A stretch of DNA of 64,000 nucleotides from Candidatus Eiseniibacteriota bacterium (GCA_963762255.1 CAVXKA010000003.1:768001-832000), one strand, 5' to 3'. Numbered from the stretch's first letter, positions 53,895-64,000 are shown. A program made the numbers and translations. Notes: a model not told the origin generated them from the sequence alone.

Positions 53895-55797
53895 TCACCT
53901 GACCAACATGACCCGCTTCGTCTCCGAGAACGAGCCGGCGTCCATGCGGTAGAAGTACACCCCCATCGGCATCGCACGCCCGTTCTCACCGCGGCCATCC
54001 CAGATCACCTGTCGCAGTCCGGCGGGGACCTGCTCACCGGAGACCAGCGAGCGGACCAAGCGACCGGCCACGTCGTACACGCCCAGATGGACGGTCTCGG
54101 CGCGGGAGAGTTCGTAGCGGATGATCGTCGTCGAGCTGAACGGGTTTGGCTGGCACGGGTGGAGGGCCTGCCCCACTGCCTCCCCCGGCTCGGGAACGCC
54201 GGTCGCGAAGTCCCCGAGAAGGTCGAGGTAGTTGAAGTTGAACCCGTTGCTCTCCACAACGACCCGGAGGGTCTGGATTCCGGCGGCCAAGCTCACCGTC
54301 GTCGTGATCGTCGTCCAGTTCTGCCAGCCGCCCGTGACCGGGACGGTCATCTGGCCGGTCCGATCCACGCCGTTGAAGGCGACATGGAAGGTCCCGCCTG
54401 ACGATTGGGACGCGACTCGGGCGTCGAGGGTGTATTGGCCGACCACCGGGACGTTGACCGTATACTCGAGCCATTCGCCGGCATTGAACCACCCCAGGTT
54501 GTATCCGCCCCCCGTGTCCGTGCAGAGTTCCACGTCGACGCCCTCGCCGGTGCGGTACTGTCCGCCATTGTTCGACGCGTCCTGATCGTGATAAGCAGCG
54601 CCCTCCCCTCCCTCGTCATAGTCCTCCGCCTCAATCCGCGTGGGCAAACCGAACGGTTGTCCGGGGTAGGGGGCCTGGCCGCACCCGGCACCGACGGTGA
54701 TGTCCACCACGGCCGTGCTCGAGCCCCCCAAGTCGTCCACAGCCCGTGCGACGATCCCGTAGCATCCCTCGGCGACCGACGTCCAGGTGAAGCTAAAGGG
54801 CGCGCTCGTGTCGGCTCCCAGGTAGATTGCGCCGTCGTAGAACTCCACCGCCGTCACCGCACCGTCCGTATCCGAGGCATCGGCCGTGATGGCGATATCG
54901 CCCGCGGGCAGCGTGGCGCCCCACGAGGGCGCGGTGATCGCCACCGTCGGGAGGGCGTTCGGGATGTCCTCGTAGACTCTCACGTAGTCGACGAGGTACT
55001 GCTGGGGAAGGCTCGCCGTGATGCAGCCGGGGTCGGTGCACCCGGTGTAGTTGCCGCCGACGGCGGCGTTCAGGATGATATAGAAAGGCTGGTCGAACGG
55101 CGCGCGCGGATTGTCGGGGGCGGCGTTCGTGTACCACTGGGTGCTGGTTCGGGTCATGAACAAAGTGCCGTCCACATACCAGCGGATCGCATCGGGCTCC
55201 CATTCCACGGCATAGACGTGGAAGTCGTTGGAGAAGCTCGCGCCGCCGAGAGAGTGGGAACCGCTCGTCGACGTGTTGTTCGGCCAGGTCCCGCCGTAGT
55301 GCAGCGCCCCTCCCACCGTCGTCGTGGCGTTGGCGGATTCCATGATGTCGAGTTCACCGCTGGCCGCCCAGCCGCCGTAGGCGTCGTCCTGGGGCATCAT
55401 CCAGAACGCCGGCCACATGCCGCCGCCGGTGGGGATCTTGGCCCGCATCTCGACGCGGCCATAGAGGAAGGTGCGCTTACCCCGCGTATGGATCTTGCCG
55501 GAGGTGAACGAGGCGCCGCCGTAGGACTCCGCTCGGGAGGTGATGACGAGGTTACCGCCGGACACGGTCACGTTCTGAGACCGGTAGTACTGGAGCTCGT
55601 TGTTTCCCCAGCCGCACAGGCTCGGGCAGCCGGTCCCGATGTCGTAACTCCAGCTGCCGCCATCGAGGGCGGTTTCGTTGAACTCGTCCGACCAGGCGAG
55701 CGACCAGCTCGCGTCCGCCGGCGCGACGAGACCTCCGGCCAAGACCACCGCCAGAGCCGGAACCGCCAATCCTCGCGACCCATCTCCAGTCCATCAT
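53895..55797 (-). CDS. Secreted GH16 beta-1,3-glucanase with Ig-like, CBM6 and FlgD-Ig domains (probable frameshift in signal peptide near 55775)
   Basis: WGNNELQYY, WPAFWMM, ELDIME; DTDGAV..VEFY; IEAEDYD..GEWLEYTV..TGGWQ; PNPF tail. Confidence 0.9.
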
Positions 55798-55815
55798 GGT
55801 GTCCCCCATTTTTGA

Positions 55816-55846
55816 CTTGATTCGGTTACCGAACAAAGTGTACACT
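55816..55846 (+). promoter_or_regulatory. ROK-type operator 4 in divergent promoter region
   Basis: CTTGATTCGGTTACCGAACAAAG (55816-55838); TTGATT-18-TACACT. Confidence 0.7.
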
Positions 55847-55960
55847 ATCGGCCATGGGATTTGCCACCAAGAACGCATCCGGAGAACCTCGGAGACTGGG
55901 GGGCGATTCCACAGGTCCACGATCTCTTCCGATGCTTCACCAACACAAGGAGTCTCAGAG

Positions 55961-56645
55961 ATGAGGACACTTGCTATCGCAGCTCTGGTCGCATCGCTGC
56001 TGGTGTGCGCTGGGGTTGCTCAGGCCGCCAACGTCACCGTAGATCCCCTCACCCTCACCAACGGCTACATGAACGTCTTCGAACTACCCGCCAACGGCGG
56101 GGCGTACTTGTGGGGCAGCGGTGTGGGGCTTCGCCGATCTCACCGCCGTGTACTCCGGCAGCAACCTGACGCTGGGGCCGAACACGATCGGCGATCCCAA
56201 CGAGTACTGGTACCAGTGCGTCGGTGCGGCTGTCCCGCCGAACTGCGGTGGCCCCGGCGCCCCCGGCAACAAGATCATGGAGGCCAACTCCTACGCTGAA
56301 GTGAACGATGGGTCGCTCGCGGGTCAGACCGTGACCTTCAACGGCGTCGTCCTCGCAAACAGCCTGACAAGCGCCCACACGGTTGTCGCGTTCGTCAAGG
56401 ACTATGCCCCTGATTTCTCGTCCTTCGTGCAGAGCACGGTGTCCCTGACCTCGCCCGGACCGTTCAGCGTGTCCCTGGCCACGATCAACGACCCGGCGCG
56501 CCACGTGCAGTGGGGCTTCCAGACGGTGGGCGTAAACGTCTGGGTCACCGATCTCGCCCCCTTCGGGACGATCACCATCGGCCCCGAGGGTGCGGTGGCC
56601 ACGCAGCCCTCCACCTGGGGGCACGTGAAGTCGCTTTACCGGTAG
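55961..56645 (+). CDS. Secreted protein with C-terminal STWGHVKSLYR motif (frameshift near 56120)
   Basis: Signal peptide MRTLAIAALV..AQA, GYMNVFELP, continues in ORF 56121-56645. Confidence 0.75.
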
Positions 56646-56813
56646 CGCACACCGGCGTCCCGCGGAATCAACCCGGGGGACGATGCAGAGCTTCCTGGGA
56701 TCGGCCCTCTCGCCTCGAGAGGGCCGATTCTCTAGGTGGTGGGGGCAACCCCATCCTGCTGGGAAAGAGAGCCTCCGGGAATCCCGGCGCGGTTCAATCA
56801 AAGGGGAATCGTC

Positions 56814-58629
56814 ATGCGTAAGATCCTCGTTCTCGTGGCCGTGCTCGTGCTTGTGCTCGCCGCGGGTGAGGCTCGCGCCCAGGTCGGCAACCTGATCTGG
56901 GAGGAGAACTTCAACAACCTCGACAACTGGATCAAGCTCACCGGCAACGGCAGCTGGGGCTGGGGCAACGGCGAGCTGGAGTTCTACCAGAACGAGAACG
57001 TGGACATCGCCGACGTCCCCGGCGAGCCGGGCAACAAGGCCCTGCGCATCATCGCCAAGCAGGAGAGCGGCCCGGGCATCGTCGATCAGTGGGGCAACCC
57101 CCTGAGCTACACGTCGGGCAAGGTGATGAGCAAGTCCTTCGTCTCCGTCAAGTACGGCATGATCGAGGCCCGCGTGTGGGTGCCGAACCTCAACCTGGGC
57201 GGCTGGCCCGCCGTCTGGCTGCTGGGCACGGCCAACTACGCGTGGCCCCGCTGCGGCGAGATCGACATGATGGAGATGGGGCTGAAGAAGGCCTACCGGG
57301 ACCTGCACGACACTCACAACGGCGGCAACGGCCTCGGACAACTCGACCGTGGACCAGATGGTCGGGCGCGAACGCGATCTACTACTCCGACGCCGCCGTC
57401 ACGCCCGGAGAACCCGTCGGGCGCCGCCAGCCTCTCCTGGGATCCGGACCGACGTGACTACTGCCGCCCCTACTACAACTACGCGAACCCGCTCGTCGGC
57501 CGCTTCCTGACGTACCGGCTGTACTGGGACAAGAACACGATGCGCCAGACCGTCGTCGACGACGGGGTCGAGCACGACCTCTTCGCGGATCCCTTCACCA
57601 TCGGCGAGCGAGTCCGACGAGTTCCGGCAGCCGTTCTACCTGATCGCCAACCTGGCCATCGGCGGCGCGTTCACCGACGCCTACCAGCTCGGCGACCCCG
57701 GCCAGCGGCTTGCCGGTCACGATGCCGCTCCCGGGCACGATGTACGTGGACTACATCCGGGTCTACCGGTGGAACGGCCAGGGCGAGGTCCACCTCGGAC
57801 CGCCCACGCCGCAGGGCGGCACCTTCGGGCTCTTGACCGACACCACGCCGACCAACGGCGCGCTCGTGACCGAGCGTCACCTCGAAGATCTACGTCTGGG
57901 AGAGCACCCTGATCCCCGGCACCATCCCGCCCTACGAGGGCGACCAACGGTCCTCACGTGGGAGACCAACGGCAAGGGGTGGTTCGGCGCCGGCATCATG
58001 TCCGATCCAGCCGCTGAACCTGTTCGACTTCCCGCGACGGTCACCTCAAGTTCATGATCAAGATCCCCGCAAACGTCACGTTCAAGATCGGGGTCATCGA
58101 TTCCTGGAGCAACCAGTACTAGGTCACGCTTCCCGGCGAACACGACGAGGTACGGGCTGGTGCGCAACGGCGAGTGGGGCCAGGCGTCGATCCCGGTCAG
58201 CGACCTGCGGGGCACGGCCATCGACCTGCGCATGCTGAGCTATCCGTTCGTCATCCTCGAGGAGCAGGGCATCGGCTGCGAGTTCGCCGTCGACGACATC
58301 TACTGGGACGGCGGGCGCGGTCACCGGCGTCGACGATCCCGCGATCGCTCCCCGGGCCGCCTCGCTGCTGCCGAACGTCGCCGAACCCGTTCTACGCCAG
58401 CACGCGAACTGCGATTCGAACTCCCCGCGTCCGCCCCTATGAGATCGAGGTCTATGACGTCGCCGGGAAGCGGGTGACCGGCTTCCGCGGCATCGGTCAG
58501 GCCGGCGCGAACGCGGTGCGGTGGAACGGTTGCGACGACCAGGGGCGGAAGGCGAGCGCGGGCGTCTATTACTACCGACTGCTGTCGGACGGGCGCGCGG
58601 CGAGCCGGAAAGTGGTGCTACTGGACTAG
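56814..58629 (+). CDS. Secreted GH16 glucanase plus galactose-binding-like domain and FlgD-Ig tail; several frameshifts
   Basis: WGNGELEFY, WPAVWLL, EIDMME, PFYLIANLAIGG, YVDYIRVY, DDIYW, PNPF, WNG.D..AGVYYY. Confidence 0.8.
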
Positions 58630-58792
58630 TCGTCGGCCCGACAATTCCCCTTGATTTCCCTTCCTCCGCGGTGGGAAAGTCCACCCATACCGGGCTGGCG
58701 GCTCCCTCCGCTGGAACCGGTGACAGCCCACCCCCTCTGCGCCGGCAACACAGACTACGACCGCCCCGACCCGCCCGGGAAGGAGTTGTGTC

Positions 58793-61690
58793 ATGCCGCT
58801 TCCTGCCGCGCTTCGCGTTTGGGTCCTCGGGTACGAGCCTCGCGTTACGATTCGCCCCCACCGCCGTCTGCTCAACGCGCTTTGCCTCGGGGCGCTTCTC
58901 GCCCTGATCACCCCGGCGCACCCAGCCCTGGCAGCCTACGACGAGGCCGGCGGCGACGACGTCCGGATCGCCATCCTGAACACCACCGACTACTCCATGC
59001 CGAGCATCGACATCGCCGAGAACGGCGACATCTATGTGGCGGTATCGGTAGCCAACACGGACCGCAACTCCATCTATGTCTACCGATCGACGGACGGCGG
59101 GGACCACTGGTCGTACTGGGGCGGACTCGATTCGACGGATGTGGAGTACTCGCTCCCCAGTCTTCACATCGCCGAGGGCACGCAGAACAAGCTCTACCTG
59201 GCCTTCAAGTACCAGGGCCCTTCGGAGACCCACAGCGAGATCCGGATCGCCTACTCGCCGCTCTCCTCCGCCATCTGGACCGTCCATACGGTCTTGTCGT
59301 CGCCCACCGACTGGTTCTACAGCGTGTCCCTCACCTCGGATGAGATGAACTTCGCCAGCTACCGCCTCTATCTGGCCGCCGAAGGCTGGGATGGAAACGG
59401 CAGGGACATATGGTTCACCCGCTCGACCGACTATGGGTTCTCCTGGGAGGCGGGCTACAAGATCGCCTCGCTGTCCAACGACGCGAACTACTTCAATCCC
59501 ATGCTCTGCTACGGCCGGTCGGGGGTCGTTCACTGCGCCTGGAAATACTCCCCCGCCGCCGGCACCGGCATGGACGAAGCGGTCCGCTACCGCCGCGCCC
59601 TGAACTACGCGGCGGGCGGCATCTCCGACTGGCAAGGCACCGTCTACATGACATCGAGCTCGAACGGGACCGACGAGAACTTTGCTACGGTGGCAGCGTC
59701 TCACGGTAGCGATCAGGTCGCGATGTCGTGGGAGCTGGTGGAGGACAACCTCACCCTCGGCTCCTACATCCGCACCTCCAGCGATGCCGGGCTGGCCTGG
59801 GGGACTCCCCAGTGGATGGAGTACACCTACTGGCCGGAGCTCCTGGCCTTGCCAGGAACGTCCGGGTTCAGCATGCTCGATACATACGCCTACGGTAAGG
59901 GTCTCCGATCCGCCGACGATGCCGACCCCCTGACCTGGTCGGATGACCAGATCCTCGCGGACCGGGACTACTGGTTCGCCTGGAGCAGCAGCCCCGAGCA
60001 CCGCTCCCACGATTACAACGTGGCGAAGGGGAACCGCCGGGGGATGGTCTGGACCGCCGTGAACCCCGCCGGTGCGGACACGGTGTTCTTCGACGCCGAA
60101 TGGCGCCGGGACCCCGGCTACGCAAACCTCGAAGAGGGCTTCCCGATGACCCTCTCCGCCGGTGTGGTCGCCCCGCCCGCGGTCTGCGAACTGGACGGCG
60201 ACATGGAGTCGGAGATCGTCTTCGGCGACGTGACCGGCCACATCATCGCCCTCAACCACGACGGCACCGCCGTCCCTGGCTGGCCGGTGGACATCGGGAC
60301 CTTCCAGGACGATGCGACGATCGCCATCGGGAACTTGAACGACGATCCCTATAACGAGGTCGTCGCCGGCAACGATGCCGGCTATGTCCACGCCTTCGAC
60401 CACGTGGGAGTCGAGCTGTCCGGCTGGCCGCGCAACACCGGGACCGCGGCGCCCGCCTACGTGGCTATCGGGGCCATCTCGACCGAGGCCCGCCAGATCG
60501 CGGCGTGCTCGGGCACCAAGGTCTTCCTCTACAACGGGAGTGGGAGCCCGGTCCCCGGCTTCCCGCTGACCGTGGCCGGCAACATCACCGCCTCCCCTGC
60601 CATCGGAGACGTGGACGGAGACGGCGACCGCGAGATCGTGATTCTGCAAGAGCACTTCATGAACGTCATCCGGGGCGACCACACCGTCCAGGCGTTCCGG
60701 AATGTGACCGCGGACGGTCAATCGTTCACCAATGCTCCTACGCTGGCCGACCTGAACCTGGACGGGGACTTGGAGATCATGGCTCCCACCGACCAGGGAC
60801 GGCTCTACGTCATGAACCCCGACGGCTCCAACTACCCGGGTGGCTGGCCCTACATCGATCCCGCCGGAGTCCGTCTCACCAGCGTGGCCGCGGCCCAGAT
60901 CCGGGCCGGCACCGAACCGGAGCTCATCTTCGGCGTCGAGGGGGCCGCCGCCCCCGAGGTGCATGCGTTCTATGAGTATTTCACCGAGCTGGGCGGTTAC
61001 CCCAACCCGACCGGCGCAGGTTGGTTCCTGTACGGCATGCCGATCGTGGACGTGCTCGACGAAGGAAGCCCGGATGTGATCGCTGCCGCCCGCGACAAGA
61101 AGGCCTACGGCTGGGACAACTTCGGACGCGAGCTGCCGGGTTGGCCGGAAGACTTGGCCGCCCGCTGCGAGGTCTCCGCGGCCAGCGGGGACATCGATGC
61201 CGACGGCCGCGTCGAGGTGGTCTTCACCACCTACGATCCGCCGAGCGTCGTCGTCTACGACTTGGGCGCGTCGGTGTACCGGAGCTCGTTCTATACGACC
61301 TACTGGTGGCCGATGTACGGGTACAACCCGCTCCGCCAGGGGTGCCTGGCCTGCGACAACGACCGCGTCACCAACGTCCCCGAGAACCCGACGCCGATCG
61401 CTTCGATACTCTTCGCGGCCCCGGCACCGAATCCAACGTCGGGACCCGTGTCCCTGCGCTTCGATCTGCCGGAGCCCGCCGCCGTCCGACTCGAGTGCTT
61501 CGACGCTCAGGGCCGGCTGGTCGCCCATGTGCTCAAGGACGAGATGGAGATGGGACCGCACGAGATCTCATGGCTGCCCCGGAGCGGGAGCGGCGCCGAG
61601 CTCGCCGCCGGGGTCTACTACCTGAGGCTCACGGTGAACGGCCCCAGCGCGAGTCGCGAGCTCAGCCGGAAGATCGTCGTGATGCGTTGA
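58793..61690 (+). CDS. Secreted protein with BNR/Asp-box region, FG-GAP-like repeats and FlgD-Ig tail
   Basis: RSTDGG..W and RSTDYG.SW Asp-boxes; GDVDGDGDREI repeats with GWP; PNP..GRLV..GVYYL. Confidence 0.8.
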   Translation: MPLPAALRVWVLGYEPRVTIRPHRRLLNALCLGALLALITPAHPALAAYDEAGGDDVRIAILNTTDYSMPSIDIAENGDIYVAVSVANTDRNSIYVYRSTDGGDHWSYWGGLDSTDVEYSLPSLHIAEGTQNKLYLAFKYQGPSETHSEIRIAYSPLSSAIWTVHTVLSSPTDWFYSVSLTSDEMNFASYRLYLAAEGWDGNGRDIWFTRSTDYGFSWEAGYKIASLSNDANYFNPMLCYGRSGVVHCAWKYSPAAGTGMDEAVRYRRALNYAAGGISDWQGTVYMTSSSNGTDENFATVAASHGSDQVAMSWELVEDNLTLGSYIRTSSDAGLAWGTPQWMEYTYWPELLALPGTSGFSMLDTYAYGKGLRSADDADPLTWSDDQILADRDYWFAWSSSPEHRSHDYNVAKGNRRGMVWTAVNPAGADTVFFDAEWRRDPGYANLEEGFPMTLSAGVVAPPAVCELDGDMESEIVFGDVTGHIIALNHDGTAVPGWPVDIGTFQDDATIAIGNLNDDPYNEVVAGNDAGYVHAFDHVGVELSGWPRNTGTAAPAYVAIGAISTEARQIAACSGTKVFLYNGSGSPVPGFPLTVAGNITASPAIGDVDGDGDREIVILQEHFMNVIRGDHTVQAFRNVTADGQSFTNAPTLADLNLDGDLEIMAPTDQGRLYVMNPDGSNYPGGWPYIDPAGVRLTSVAAAQIRAGTEPELIFGVEGAAAPEVHAFYEYFTELGGYPNPTGAGWFLYGMPIVDVLDEGSPDVIAAARDKKAYGWDNFGRELPGWPEDLAARCEVSAASGDIDADGRVEVVFTTYDPPSVVVYDLGASVYRSSFYTTYWWPMYGYNPLRQGCLACDNDRVTNVPENPTPIASILFAAPAPNPTSGPVSLRFDLPEPAAVRLECFDAQGRLVAHVLKDEMEMGPHEISWLPRSGSGAELAAGVYYLRLTVNGPSASRELSRKIVVMR

Positions 61691-61708
61691 TGGAGCGGGC
61701 CGCCGCGC

Positions 61709-63673
61709 CTAACTCGCCTTCCCGTTCCGGTAGTTCATACAGTCACCCCGGTTCTCCATAGCGCGTAGTTGCGTTGCCGGAAACCCCGTCCCGCACGCGT
61801 CGATGAAGCGTCCGCACACCCAACCCTGATCGCCTGCGTGCATGGGCAGAAAGACGACGGGCTTGAGCGTCTCGAGGACGAAGTAGTCGCCGAGCCTGAC
61901 CGCTTCCAGGTCGCCGAACCCGCAGCCCGAGACCGGCAGGAACGCGACGTCCGGGCGCACGCCGCTCGAAGCCAGGAACTCGATCTCGCTCTTGAACGGT
62001 CCCGAGAAATCGCGTTGCCGGTTCGCGTGATCGCCGGCGTGAAAGAGGGCGACCCCGTCCACTTCGACGAAGAAGCCCACGCCGCTGTCGTTCGATTCGA
62101 TGGTCGTGATCTTCACGCCGTCGATGGTGCGGGTCTCCCGAGGCGCCATGACTTCGTGCGCGGGTATCGTCTCAGGAAGGTCGTTGCGGTTCGTCCGCTC
62201 GGGAGCGAACCCGAACACGTAGGTCATCCGTGGAATCCGGCCGCTCCACCCGAAGATGGTGGAATCGAAGTGATCGCCGTGTTCGTGCGACACGAACACG
62301 GTCACGTTCTGGCCGGCGAGTTCCTCCGGCGCGATAAATCCGTTGCAGAGGCCGGGTTCGTCGGCGGGCCGCCCCATGACTGCATAGTCGAAGATGAGGA
62401 AGTGGTTCGCGGTCTGGATCGCCCAGCCGCTGTGTCCCAGATTCCAGATCTTCATCTCTTTCGCGGCCAGCGTCTCCGGAGCGGCAAGTCCATCGTTCTG
62501 CGGCACGCTCGCGGCTTTCGCTCCGCGCCCAGCGAGGAGCTCGACCACGCCGCGGTGACCGTAGCGCGTCGCCAACTCGATCGGGGTCTTCCCGCCCGCG
62601 TCCCGCGCGGCGTGAGAGGCGCCGTGATCGAGCAGCATGCCGGCCAGATCCCGGTGACCATGAAGGGCGGCTGTGTGAAGCGGCGTACGGCCGCTCCTTG
62701 CGTCGATCACGTCGACCTTTGCCCCGGCCTCCAGAAGCGCCTGAGTGACGGGGCTGTTCCCGCGCCGCACGGCCCCGGACAGGGCGGTGTTCCCGTTCGT
62801 GGAGGCATGGTTCACATCCGCCCCGCGGGCGATGAGTAGCGCAGCCGGTTCCTCTCTGCCCATCTCCGCGGCCATGATGAGCGCGGTCTCTCCGTTGCGG
62901 TCGGCCTGGTCGAGATTGACGCCCTTCTCCAGCAGCACGTGGACGACATCGACCTGATTTCCCATCACCGCGTTGTCGAGGGGTGTGCGGCCGAACGTGT
63001 CGGGCAACGCCGGGTTCGCCCCCAGGCCGATCAAGTGCTCCACCGCCGCCGTCTGCCCGCCACGAGCCGCCCAGTACAGAGGTGTTTCACCAGCCAGCGT
63101 CTGTGTGTTGAGGTCGTCGCCGCGTCGCGCCAGGACATCCGTCAACCACCGATTGCCGCGCAGGCCGGCGGCGTGCAGAAGCGTCGTCCCCTGCGTGCTT
63201 CGGAAGTTGAGATCCGCCCCGGCGTCCAGGAGCATGCGCACGATCGTGCTGTCTCCGCTGAAAGCAGCGAAGCTGATCGGACACGCCAGGTTCTTGTCGC
63301 GCCGGTTCACGTCGGCCCCTCGTTGGAGCAGAAACGACACCATCTCCCGATGGCGCCGCAGGGCCGCCACGTCGAGCGGCGTGCTCTCGTCGGAATCGTA
63401 CCCGTCGACATCCGCTCCGGCATCGATCAAGAGCCGCGCGATCTCGACGTGCCCGCGCGTGGCCGCGGTGTGCAGCGGCAGATCACGCGTGGCGTTGTTG
63501 TCGGGCTGCGAGGCAAGAGCCGGATCGCCAGCCAGGAGCCGCGCGACCCTGGCCTGATCGCCGGCGGCGACTGCCTCGTGGATTTCGCCGGCGGTCGCGG
63601 GAAGGGATGCGACCAGAAGAAGGACCAGTGAGGCGGCCATGAGACGCCATGGCTGGGGGTGGAACGGCATCAT
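61709..63673 (-). CDS. Exported ankyrin-repeat protein fused to a metallo-beta-lactamase-fold domain
   Basis: About 10 TPLH/GADVN ankyrin repeats; LGHSG, SHEHGDHF, FHAGD, PMH. Confidence 0.85.
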   Translation of the reverse strand: MMPFHPQPWRLMAASLVLLLVASLPATAGEIHEAVAAGDQARVARLLAGDPALASQPDNNATRDLPLHTAATRGHVEIARLLIDAGADVDGYDSDESTPLDVAALRRHREMVSFLLQRGADVNRRDKNLACPISFAAFSGDSTIVRMLLDAGADLNFRSTQGTTLLHAAGLRGNRWLTDVLARRGDDLNTQTLAGETPLYWAARGGQTAAVEHLIGLGANPALPDTFGRTPLDNAVMGNQVDVVHVLLEKGVNLDQADRNGETALIMAAEMGREEPAALLIARGADVNHASTNGNTALSGAVRRGNSPVTQALLEAGAKVDVIDARSGRTPLHTAALHGHRDLAGMLLDHGASHAARDAGGKTPIELATRYGHRGVVELLAGRGAKAASVPQNDGLAAPETLAAKEMKIWNLGHSGWAIQTANHFLIFDYAVMGRPADEPGLCNGFIAPEELAGQNVTVFVSHEHGDHFDSTIFGWSGRIPRMTYVFGFAPERTNRNDLPETIPAHEVMAPRETRTIDGVKITTIESNDSGVGFFVEVDGVALFHAGDHANRQRDFSGPFKSEIEFLASSGVRPDVAFLPVSGCGFGDLEAVRLGDYFVLETLKPVVFLPMHAGDQGWVCGRFIDACGTGFPATQLRAMENRGDCMNYRNGKAS

Positions 63674-63863
63674 CTCGATCTCCTGTTCTGACGGGCGCGC
63701 AGACGGCTACCGTGACGACGGTGCCGGATAGGCCCACCGAGAAGCCCTACTATCCGGGTCGTTGGACTGAGGGCGAGAGGAGATACGAACACCCAATTGC
63801 TGGGCACCACTATACCCGATTGGGCGGGGCCGGTCGATTCGGGAAACCGCACCCGCCGCACGA

Positions 63864-64000
63864 TCAAACCACGCGGAACGTGACCCCCTGTTCCTTGAGG
63901 AAGCTCTCCGCACCGGGGCCCTGAAGATAGGCAAGCGTCGAGAGCGTGCCCGCTTCGAGGCAGGTTTCCGCGAGCACGGTGACCGCCGTCGGCGGATCCT
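63864..64000 (-). CDS. apbE: 3' end of FAD:protein FMN transferase (ApbE-like), partial
   Basis: Own translation AVTVLAETCLEAGTLSTLAYLQGPGAESFL.. resembles the ApbE C-terminus. Confidence 0.6.
   Translation of the reverse strand, partial: DPPTAVTVLAETCLEAGTLSTLAYLQGPGAESFLKEQGVTFRVV

Noticed and set aside
58120-58122. In-frame TAG in the GH16 gene suggesting stop-codon recoding
   Set aside because: TAG ends many intact genes here and this lies in an error-rich tract; a base-call error is more likely
58124-61561. 1145-aa minus-strand ORF
   Set aside because: Antisense shadow of the FG-GAP gene; high GC suppresses stops and no motifs are recognisable
63674-63860. Possible riboswitch in the ankyrin gene leader (CCGGATAG...CTATCCGG stem)
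   Set aside because: A single hairpin with no recognisable aptamer consensus; would need an Rfam/Infernal search

Overview
High-GC bacterial chromosomal window, probably from a diderm of the FCB-affiliated candidate lineages such as Eisenbacteria or Krumholzibacteria. That placement is inferred from the many FlgD-Ig-tailed and 'TWGxxKxLY'-tailed secreted proteins. 1-24 kb is housekeeping and envelope genes: nfeD-SPFH, OmpA proteins, PolX, HEAT-cyclophilin, DUF885, a multi-beta-barrel protein, hypFCDE, and amt with a porin and a two-component system. 24.0-28.2 kb is a decayed 4.05-kb island integrated in tRNA-Cys(GCA). Unusually, it duplicates the 5' half of the tRNA plus its -10 box and supplies a replacement -35. 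28.6-58.6 kb is a large ROK-regulated beta-1,3-glucan (laminarin-type) utilisation locus. It encodes several GH16, GH17, GH1, a GH149-like phosphorylase, a GH-A TIM barrel fused to a putative beta-barrel, and an Opp-type ABC importer. No SusC/SusD pair is visible, and four copies of a 23-bp palindromic operator sit on its promoters. Dense frameshifts at 39-48 kb and 55.7-58.5 kb are most likely sequencing or assembly errors. The window ends with an FG-GAP protein, an ankyrin-MBL fusion and the 3' end of an apbE-like gene.
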